From Adineta vaga (taxonomy: Eukaryota; Animalia; Rotifera), in the NCBI GenBank assembly GCA_021613535.1, contig CP075495.1:1860001-1924000 (forward strand): 64,000 bases of DNA. Direction: 5' to 3'. Positions 51,411-64,000 of the stretch are shown piece by piece. Below the pieces are notes generated by a model. That model searched no databases and was not told the DNA's origin. It was given only the letters and a program-made list of their open reading frames with translations. The translations under genes and the position numbers were made by a program. The stretch's first letter is position 1. Each line of letters begins with the position of its first letter.

Positions 51411-51887
51411 ATGCAGCCGATTAATGAACGTTTCATTCTTATAACTATTTTAGCAATAATGGGTTTTGCTACATTGTTCTGTTTACTTGGTATAGCTACA
51501 CCGGGATGGAATGGATATAATGTTTTTTCATATCCATTAGTATCACCAGCAGCTTTATGTGTTATTTCTTTTCTTTTACTCATCGGTACTGTTGTACTAG
51601 GAGCAATTATTCTTATGGGTGTCGTACAAAATGTACATTTACCATTGCTTTTTGTGGGATTATTAATTATAACATCAATCTTTTTACTTGGAGCATTTAC
51701 ATCAGCTAATTATAATGCTGCTAATTATGCCTATAATTTAGTGATAACATCATTTACATTTACATATCTTTCATCCATCATTGCAACTTATTGGCTATTT
51801 GGTGCACGTCAAGGTACTCTCAACATTGGTGGACAAACAGTACAGTCAAGTGATCCAACATCACCACCGAAATTACAAATGTCTTAG
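51411..51887 (+). CDS. Four-TM claudin/PMP22-like membrane protein, intronless
   Basis: Four hydrophobic helices; GIATPGW after TM1 and YAYNL before TM4, in the tetraspan claudin-like pattern. Confidence 0.6.
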   Translation: MQPINERFILITILAIMGFATLFCLLGIATPGWNGYNVFSYPLVSPAALCVISFLLLIGTVVLGAIILMGVVQNVHLPLLFVGLLIITSIFLLGAFTSANYNAANYAYNLVITSFTFTYLSSIIATYWLFGARQGTLNIGGQTVQSSDPTSPPKLQMS

Positions 51888-52307
51888 TTTTATTCAGTGC
51901 TTTTCTTGCTCTAGTTCTTTTTCTGTTCTTTTTTTTTTGATATGTCAGAACTTTTTTTTCTTTCGAACAAAAATAAACGCTTAATCATATGTGATGATTT
52001 ATCTTTTTCAAAGGAAGTAGTAACAGAAAATATTTTTGCATGTTAATGTTGACAATTACTCATTTAACCGACATCATTTTCATGAAAAAAAAAATGATTG
52101 AGTCGACCAACATCCTTTCGTCGAGTACATAGAAAAGGAATGTGTTAGTCAATGTCATTGTATATTTGTTTATAAAAAAAAGTAGAAAGCAAAAATCACT
52201 CAAGCATATTTTCTTCCTCTCAATTTTCGCCTATCATAGCCATAAAGAAAAGACATGACATATGTTTCCAACCTTCATTAATGTGTAGAGAATAACTTGT
52301 TTCATTC

Positions 52308-52820
52308 ATGATGAATCTCGTATTCACGAGAGATATAACTAAAAGCAAATCAAGATTATCAAATATTCAAATTTTACACAATCGACCTGTTCCATTAGAA
52401 GAAATTCTTGCTGTTCTCTATCCACTTTTTGGTGAATTCTATCCCTATGATGATTTCATTCGTATGATCAATGATAGTCATAATATCTTCTGTGCATATG
52501 ATCGAATTCAAAGACGTTGTGTCGCATGCGCATTAGTTAATAATACGCGTAAAAGAGGTGGACTTTATCTGATGCTATTCGGTGTTCGACAATCAAGTCA
52601 ACAACGTGGTCTCGGTACACATTTATTAAAATCTGTTATCAATTGGGCATATTATACTGGACATACATATATGGATTTACATGTTCATGTTGATAATTAT
52701 AAAGCAATAGGTCTCTATGAAAAATTAGGTTTTCGTCAAAGTGAATATCTTCGAAATTATTATAGAAACACACCAAAAGACAATCCACATGCTTATCGAA
52801 TGATTTTAAGATTACAATAA
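52308..52820 (+). CDS. GNAT acetyltransferase (RimI/Naa50-like), intronless
   Basis: Acetyl-CoA motif A FGVRQSSQQRGLGTHLL; LHVHVDNYKAIGLYEKLGF; YY...AYRM. Confidence 0.85.
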   Translation: MMNLVFTRDITKSKSRLSNIQILHNRPVPLEEILAVLYPLFGEFYPYDDFIRMINDSHNIFCAYDRIQRRCVACALVNNTRKRGGLYLMLFGVRQSSQQRGLGTHLLKSVINWAYYTGHTYMDLHVHVDNYKAIGLYEKLGFRQSEYLRNYYRNTPKDNPHAYRMILRLQ

Positions 52821-53057
52821 TTAATTGAAGAAAACTTATTCTTTCATTCTTTCTTAACATACAAAGAGAGAAAAGTAATACAGCAAAGAAGAATTGTACT
52901 TTGGTTTTATTGTCATTCATTATTGGTTGAGAAATAAAAAAAGAAAAAGAAAACTAATTAACAGTCAAGAAATGAAAATAAGAATATGTATCCCCAAGAA
53001 AAATGGACGGTATTGAATACGACTAAGTTATAGTATGGCAATGTTTTGGAATGTTAT

Positions 53058-56000
53058 TTAAAGTAATTTAGGTAATTTACGTATTTGACTTAAATCGAGT
53101 ATTTTCGCTTGAGGAGCGTGTGCAAGAGGAGCTTGTGTAAAGACAGGTGGAGGTGGTGGTGATGCTTGAGATAATGGTAAAAGCATACGTTGTTGAGGTG
53201 GAGATGATGATATCAGAAGATCGTTTTCATCAGATGATAAATAACATTGTTGTTGACGAGTGACACCTGTAAGAATATTATATTTTTGAAAATATTTTTG
53301 TGTAGCAAAGGACATGTTTTTATCAAAGGTTTGTGGTGATTGAGTTGATAAAATACTGGATGGAGTAGACGAATGATGATCATAATCATTAGCTATAGCT
53401 AATTGTTCATCATCGAGATATTTCATTTGTAAACTACGAACTTCAATTGAAAGATCAGTTTCTGAAGTGAGATGAAGAGATCAGATCATTTAATGGAATA
53501 GTCGCTGTTGTTGGCGTTGGAGTTGCTGCTGATGAGGATGAAGATGTTGCAGGTGGATAGACAGTAGTTGTACTACTTTGTTGATTAATTATTTGCATTT
53601 GAAGTCCATTGGATATGAAACTTATTCCGGTTGTAGTTGTGGATGTAACATGTTGCTGCTGCTGTTGTTGTTGTTGTTGAATAACGTTAGCTAGATGAGA
53701 CATTTTTTCAGCTTGACGACCACTTTCTTCATCGATTGTTTTTATAATTGAGGTATCGAATGATTTTGATGTCGTCATGGTTAATGGAGAAGATGGTCTT
53801 TGATATTCTTGAAGAGGTTGTTGTTGTTGTTGTTTATGCTGTTGACTGGCCATAAATTGAAAGAATGGTTTGAGAATGTCGACTGGATTGAGATCTGCTG
53901 GAGCTGATGAAGGAGGTGATGATACTGCTCGAACAGGTGTAGGTCGATATGGAATTGGCGTATTATCACCAATAGATCTTTCACAATCAGATGATTTTCG
54001 AAGCAAAGCATAGTTAATAACGGATTCTGGTTGATGAACAATTGGTGTTGGTGGTGGTGGTTGGGGAAGAGACGAAGGAGGGGGAGGAGGTACGGAGACT
54101 GCAGCTGGCGATTGGAACTGAGCCAATGATGGTGGCATCTAAACGTAAAGAAGACACTGTTGAACATATTTAGAAATATTATCAATTTACTCTTGTTGTT
54201 GCATTCATAATTGGTGTTTGTTGTTGTTGCTGTTGTTGATAATGTTGAAGTTGATCAATTTTTGGTGATGGTGATGGTGGACTATTTCGATTACTTCGCA
54301 CCATCGATGCTGATTCTCCTACATCATCACTTGTACATGGTGATGGTGGTTCACTTTGAACAGCGACATCACATTTAGTTGATTCTTTTGTTGGTGTTGA
54401 AATGGAACATTGTTGATTTTGTTGTTGTGCATTTAGAAGTTGTGCAATAAGAGCATTTAAAGATTGAATATGAGCATCATATGCTTGCATTTTTTCAAGC
54501 ATTTCTTCTTTCCATTGAGCGTCGGCAGCAACAGTCGATGGTGCAATTGTTGATGGAGCTGGTGATGAAAATCGTAATGGTGCAGGTGGATGAGAAGTAG
54601 AAGTTGGTACAACTGAAGGCACTGGTGCAATCCATTTCGGTGTTGTGATTGAGGGTGTAGAAATTGACTCCCAAGATGGTGATTGATGTGTAGATTGCTT
54701 TGGCGGAAGACGTGGAACACCAAATATACTTCCATTTGTATTTGGCGATGCAAGTATAGTTTGATGATGTTCTTGTTGAAGTCGTCGAACGGAATTCATA
54801 TGAATATTTCCATCACAGTCCTCATCATCCTCATCATCGAATGGTATTTCTGCTGAAAGAAACGATATATCTGTTGGTAATTGAGTATTTATTGTTGATC
54901 GAATCGATTGATGTAAATTAGGTGAAGGAATATTTCCTGTATGTGCACCTAATAAAGCATGCATTTTTGGACCATCATGAACATGTTTAAATTCGAAATC
55001 ATATGGTAATTGTGTTGTTGCACTTGTATCATGTGAATGGGATGTTGGAGGATTTGGCATAATAATCTTTTTTGTACAAGTCCAAAGATCATAATCAATA
55101 ATAAATGATGATGGTGATGTTGAATTCATTGTCATGGAACTAACTTCATAAAAATCACATTGACCACGTGATGTCGATGGATAGCATGCTAATAAAAATG
55201 ATTGTTGTGTTGTATTCGTGATATTAACACCTGTCCGAAGACGTTGTTTCAATGAAGAATTCATACAATAACGAAGGCACGCTGCCCAAACAAAGGCACA
55301 TTGAACATCAACAATACCTGATATCCAACTAGGATAAAAAGAAATGAAATTAATGAAATTAAAAAATTCATTTTCTTATTCTTACATTCCAACTATTGGT
55401 AAGGCACATGCTTGTGGATCATTTTCTAATATTAATAAAATTTTATTTGTTGACATTCGATCTAAACCACAATAACCAAAATGTGGTTGATTGATATAAA
55501 CACCGTTGCCTGTAGATGAACTGATATTTTTCAATAAAGCAGTTGGTAATATTTGAACAGATTCTGAATTAATTGGAGTTAATTTAAAACTATTTTTAAT
55601 TGTTAAAAGATCAAATGAAAGATCAGCATTGATAGACGGAGATAAACGTGATAACATTTGACCATGAAGAAATGAAAATTGATGTAATTCAATTGGTAAT
55701 GATGAATGACAATACGCATCGATTGTCTAAACATAAATTCAATAATATTAAAAGAAACAAAATTGAAAAATATAATCTTACTTTCATTCCTTCTTGAATT
55801 AAATTACTATCCGTATGAATTGTTGTTGATATTTTATTATCACATCGAATTGGTATAAGAAATTCTCCATTTAATTGTTTATTTGATAATAATAGATGAT
55901 GATTAGTTGTTTCATTTCTTGGTGAATCATTAACTTGTATTCGATCGATAACATATGTTAAGCGTTGTGTTTCATCATCAAGAATTAATGTACCAACAAA

Positions 56001-56240
56001 TTGTAATTGAGTTCGATAAGTTGAACCATGTTGTAAACGTATTGCTGAACGAAAAACTTTATCTTCAAGTATTAATTGTGGTGACAATTGTTCACGTTGA
56101 CATAAACGAAGAAAAATTGATTTACCAATTGGTTTCGAATCCCATAATACTAAATGTGTTGTTAAAAGTTGTTCACGTGGTATAATTTCTCGATTAATTT
56201 TTCTATCAATTGGCCATGTTACTTGATCGGATTGTAACAT
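53058..56240 (-). CDS. STIL: STIL/SIL (SAS-5/Ana2) centriole duplication factor, with a frame break before the STAN motif
   Basis: LWDSKPIG, LILENDPQACALPIVGIWISG, WAACLRY, central coiled coil, STAN ETDLSIEVRSLQMKYLDDEQL...NMSFATQKYFQKYNIL, C-terminal ILDLSQIRKLPKLL*. Confidence 0.88.
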
Positions 56241-56411
56241 CTTCAAAACAAACAAAAAACAAAGAATGAACATGAAATCTATCTGAATAAAATCTTCATA
56301 TCTTCGTCTTCTCTTTTCTTTTCTTTTTCTCACAAAACGAATAGAATAACAAACAAAAAATATATGTATATAAAATCATTTCGTATATAAATAATTAAAA
56401 ATTTCATCTGA

Positions 56412-57585
56412 CTAAAGACTTTTAGCATGTAATGTTAAATTGAGATGATTTGGTCGGAGTTTATGTGTTTGATCGACTAGCCAATATTTGCCCCAATATT
56501 TATGATTTGAATCAAATGATTGAGTAATTTGTGTGATTAAATTATGATTTTCTTCATCATCATCAGCATTATTACCTAACCATATACGTAAACCGAAAAT
56601 ATCGAATTGTTTTAATTGTTTTGCTTGATTTTCAAGAATATTTTGCCAGAGATCACTTTTAGAAAAGTCAATATCATATGTTAAACCTTCTAAACGAAAT
56701 TCCGATAAATATGGCATTGATGAAAGAAAATATTTGACTTCCGATAATGTTAAATCATTAATATCAAGTGAAAAATAAGTTAAATATGAACACATCCTTG
56801 AAGATAATGGATATCGAGAAAATTTTGAATCGAAATTTGTTATATTCGAAAGAGGAGATCGTCGACGAGATTGTTCAACTTTAAGAATTAATGAAGATAG
56901 ATTTGAACAAAGAGATAATAATTGTGGAAGATCAGAAGAATAACATGCATCAAGTGTTAAATGTGTTAATGATGTTGAAGCATGTTCACAAATAAAAATT
57001 TCACGATTGAAACGAAGATTTAAAAACTAAGATTAACACAATTCAATACGAATCAAATTCATCTATTCATCTTACTTTAATTGATTGAGATTTACTTAAT
57101 AATGTATTTGCAATAGTATTTAATTCATTTGGAGTTACACCAGATCCATCAAACATATCAATATCTAATCGAATAAGTTTATTTAATGATAATATATCAG
57201 CAAGTATTCGTCTCAATTGATCAAATGTTATTTGTATTAATGATAATTGTCTTAAGACTTGAAAATGTCCTATTCGTACATGTAACAAGAATTGATGGAT
57301 TTGTTCATAGAATTTATATTCATTTGATAGACGTAATGATATTAATTGTTTCGACATATTTGGTAGCATAATTTGAGAATGATATGCAAAATTTGATGGA
57401 TTTATTATTTGACTTAAATCAAGGGAAATTAATAAACGTGCATCACTAATAATTTTATTGAAACGTTGATTTAAATTAAAAAATGAATGATAAATATACA
57501 TTGCTGGATAGAGAAAATCGAAAATATCCATTAGAATATCATCACTTAAATCTTCCAATGTTGAATGAGAATTATTCAATGACAT
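56412..57585 (-). CDS. F-box plus LRR-like protein (lineage-expanded type), 2 exons
   Basis: LEDLSDDILMDIFDFL...FFNLNQRFNKII F-box; LxxLxL repeats (LISLRLSN, LRQLSLIQI, LTHLTLD, LSEFRLEG). Confidence 0.75.
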
Positions 57586-57860
57586 GTTCTATATCTATAA
57601 GAGAAGAAGAAAAAAGAAAGTATATATTATGAACGAAGAACAAATTCTCTAATATCATGACTTGACTTTATGTTTGACATGTGTATGTGTGTGTAGTTAT
57701 GTTTTTTCTCTTCGAACAACAAAAATACATAGGTTGACATTCTCCTGAGATACAACAAATAAACGACAGGAAAAAAAAGGAAATATATAGAGAACATTTG
57801 GTTTTTTTTTATAATCAGTTGAACGAGAATGATTTCGTAGGTTTTCTTTTCTCTTCATGT

Positions 57861-60518
<2,658 letters not shown>

Positions 60519-61006
60519 GATCGAATGGTTTTGTCTTTAGAATTTGTTTACAAACACGCCAGATGTATCCAATCGATCGGCATATATACAAACAAATTTG
60601 TCTATAGATGAGTAATGATTGAGCAGTAAGAATTGAATTTCTTTCCTATAATACAAAATGAATGTCCAGTGGTACTTAAAACTACTTAACCAATTAAAAT
60701 TAAAAAAAAACCTCTATTTTGAATAGAATAACACAACAATTCCTCAGGAAACAAAAACAGAAACAGTTTATATTATATAAAAAAAAATAGAAAAATTTTC
60801 AAATTTCATTTGTTAAGAGCAAAGAATGGATAGATGTCAGCAATAAATTAATCCAATCCGATATGGAGGAATATAAAGTTCAAGTTAAAATATGGTCGAA
60901 TCTTTCGACAGATAGTACATAGTATTGCTTTCCTTTTCTTTGTTCTCTCTACTCTTTCGTAAGAGAATTTCAGTGCATTTTCTTTTTTTTCTTCTAGATC
61001 ACCAAC

Positions 61007-64000
61007 ATGGATCCCATATTTCCTGGTGGTCATCCACAATTTATTTTTGTTCCACCTGGTTCTGTGCCAGTTCCAATTCTTAATCAAGTACCAGTTATGA
61101 TGCAACAAGCACCATTTCCTGTATTTGTTCAACAACCTGTCATGCCACAACCACCACTACCATCTATTCCACAACAGACAACATCAATGTCAACAGATTT
61201 TATGGCCGAAGATCGTTTACAAGAAAAAGCACGTCGTTGGCAACAATTACAAACGAAACGTTATGCTGATAAACGAAGATTCGGATTTTCTGATATTCAA
61301 AAAGAAGATATGCCTGCTGAACATGTCAGAAAAATCATTCGTGATCATGGTGATATGACAAATAAAAAATTTCGTCATGATAAACGTGTCTATTTGGGCT
61401 CGTTAAAATATATGCCACATGCTATATACAAATTATTAGAAAATATGCCTATGCCATGGGAACAAATTCGTAATGTTAAAGTTATTTATCATATTACAGG
61501 TGCAATTACATTTGTGAATGAAATTCCTTGGGTAATTGAACCGGTTTTTATTGCTCAATGGGGAACAATGTGGATTATGATGCGAAGAGAAAAACGTGAT
61601 CGAAGACATTTCAAACGAATGCGTTTTCCACCATTTGATGATGAAGAACCACCATTAGATTATGCAGATAATATTCTTGATGTTGAACCATTAGAAGCTA
61701 TTCAATTACAATTAGATTCAGAAGAAGATAAAGCAATTTATGATTGGTTTTATGAATATAAACCATTAACAGATACAAAAATGGTCAATGGTACAACATA
61801 TCGTCGATGGCAATTAACATTACCTATAATGTCTACACTTTATCGTATGGGAAATCAATTATTAACTGATCTTGTAGATGATAATTATTTCTATTTATTT
61901 GATCTTAAATCATTTTTTACTGCAAAAGCATTGAATATTGCCATACCCGGTGGTCCAAAATTTGAACCATTAGTTAAAGATGTCAATCCAAAGTAAATAT
62001 ATTTTTCTTTCTTTTTCTTATAGAAATATTTTTTTTCTTTTTTAGTGATGAAGATTGGAATGAATTCAATGATATTAATAAAATTATTATTCGTCAACCA
62101 ATCCGTACTGAATATCGTATTGCTTTTCCATATCTCTACAATTCTTATCCATTTAAAGTTTATCTTGCTTGGTATCATACACCTAATGTTGTCTTCATTA
62201 AAACGGAAGATCCAGATTTACCAGCATTTTATTTTGATCCATTGATCAATCCTATTGCTCATCGTCATACAATCAAATCTCTTGAAATACAAATTGAACA
62301 ATTAAATGATGATAATGAAGAAGAATTTGTTCTTCCCGACGAATTCGAACCATTATTAACCGGTGTACCTTTATATACAGATAATACTGCAAATGGTATT
62401 GCATTATTATGGGCACCACGTCCATTTAATCTTCGTTCCGGTCGAACCCGACGTGCAATTGATATTCCATTAGTTAAAACATGGTATCGTGAACATTGTC
62501 CAAGCGAACATCCGGTTAAAGTTCGTGTATCTTATCAGAAATTATTGAAATGTTTTGTTCTCAATGCATTACATCATCGTAAACCTAAACCACAGAAAAA
62601 ACGTTATCTCTTTCGTTCATTTAAATCGACAAAATTCTTTCAAGCAACCACACTTGATTGGGTTGAAGTTGGTCTTCAAGTTTGTCGTCAAGGTTATAAT
62701 ATGTTAAATCTTTTGATTCATCGTAAAAATTTGAATTATCTTCATTTGGATTATAATTTCAATTTGAAACCAGTGAAAACATTAACAACCAAAGAACGAA
62801 AAAAATCTCGATTTGGAAATGCCTTTCATTTATGTCGTGAAATTTTACGTTTAACAAAATTAATTGTCGATAGTCATGTTCAATATCGTTTGGGTAATGT
62901 TGATGCTTTTCAATTAGCTGATGGTTTACAATATACATTTGCACATGTCGGTCAATTAACTGGAATGTATCGTTATAAATATAAATTAATGAGACAAGTT
63001 CGTTTATGTAAAGATTTAAAACATTTAATCTATTATCGATTTAATACGGGACCAGTTGGTAAAGGACCGGGATGTGGTATTTGGGCACCAGGTTGGCGAG
63101 TTTGGTTATTTTTCTTACGTGGTGTAACACCATTATTAGAACGTTGGTTAGGAAATTTATTATCACGTCAATTTGAAGGTCGTCATTCGAAAGGCATTGC
63201 AAAAACAGTTACTAAACAACGTGTCGAATCTCATTATGATTTAGAATTACGTGCTGCTGTTATGCATGATATATTAGATATGATGCCTGAAAGTATTAAA
63301 CAAAATAAAGCACGAATCATTCTTCAACATTTAAGTGAAGCATGGCGGTGTTGGAAAGCAAATATTCCATGGAAAGTACCTGGTTTACCAATTCCTATTG
63401 AAAATATGATCTTACGTTATGTCAAAAATAAAGCAGATTGGTGGACATCAACAGCACATACAAATCGTGAACGTATTCGACGTGGTGCAACTGTTGATAA
63501 AACAGTTTGTAAGAAAAACTTAGGTCGATTGACACGTCTTTACTTAAAATCTGAACAAGAACGACAACATAATTATCTTAAAGATGGTCCATATATAACA
63601 GCTGAAGAAGCTGTTGCTATTTATACAACTGTAGTTCATTGGCTTGAATCACGACGTTTCTCACCTATACCATTTCCACCATTAGCTTATAAACATGATA
63701 CAAAATTACTTATCTTAGCATTAGAACGTTTAAAAGAAGCTTACAGTGTTAAATCACGATTAAATCAATCTCAACGTGAAGAATTAGGTTTAATCGAACA
63801 AGCCTATGATAATCCACATGAAGCATTATCACGTATAAAACGTCATCTTCTAACACAACGTGCATTTAAAGAATGTGGAATTGAATTTATGGATTTATAT
63901 AGTCATTTAGTGCCTGTTTATGATGTTGAACCATTAGAAAAGATAACGGATGCTTATCTCGATCAATATTTATGGTATGAAGCTGATAAACGTCGACTTT
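61007..64000 (+). CDS. PRPF8: Pre-mRNA-processing-splicing factor 8 (5' part; continues beyond the window)
   Basis: [65 protein letters not shown]; one intron at about 61993-62045, then a long open exon to the window end. Confidence 0.97.

Noticed and set aside
53781-54753. His/Gln/Leu-rich alternative-frame ORFs inside STIL (similar ones at 5068-5326 in LDB)
   Set aside because: By-products of CAA/CCA/TCA low-complexity coding sequence, with no independent signals.
61007-64000. Possible PRP8 intein or insertion
   Set aside because: The visible portion reads as continuous conserved PRP8 with one ordinary intron; no insertion seen.

Overview
AT-rich, gene-dense eukaryotic (animal) DNA with very short GT-AG introns, mostly about 50-70 nt. 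The intron style, AG acceptors just upstream of many start codons, the F-box/LRR-type family member and probable foreign (HGT-like) enzymes best fit a bdelloid rotifer; this is an inference, not a database result. I reconstructed about 30 spliced genes by hand: a SHIPPO/ODF3-like gene, DDX39/UAP56, LDB/Chip, LSM3, a decayed mucin-like gene, an EF-hand/WD40 (WDR49/WDY-like) gene, ETFBKMT, DPY19L, a UCH-L deubiquitinase, a GluN2-type NMDA receptor, a His/Gly-rich membrane protein, two SDRs, MED24, HACL1, a CNG channel, a SAP-RING protein, Rabex-5, nanos, a lectin-EGF receptor, LIPT2, an arginine-kinase-like gene, a claudin-like gene, a GNAT, STIL, an F-box gene, CARM1 and the 5' part of PRP8. 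I recognised no tRNA, rRNA, CRISPR array or transposon. The most interesting signals are: (1) a UGA/+1 frame break in STIL directly before its essential STAN motif; (2) operon-like spacing with unpaired splice acceptors (UCH-DPY19L-ETFBKMT), suggesting SL trans-spliced polycistrons; (3) a genomically encoded Arg at the NMDA receptor Q/R/N pore site; (4) a HACL1 with both a mitochondrial-type leader exon and a PTS1-like end; (5) a probable GUG start in LDB; and (6) several pseudo-enzymes. Exon boundaries were read by eye and may be off by a few nt.
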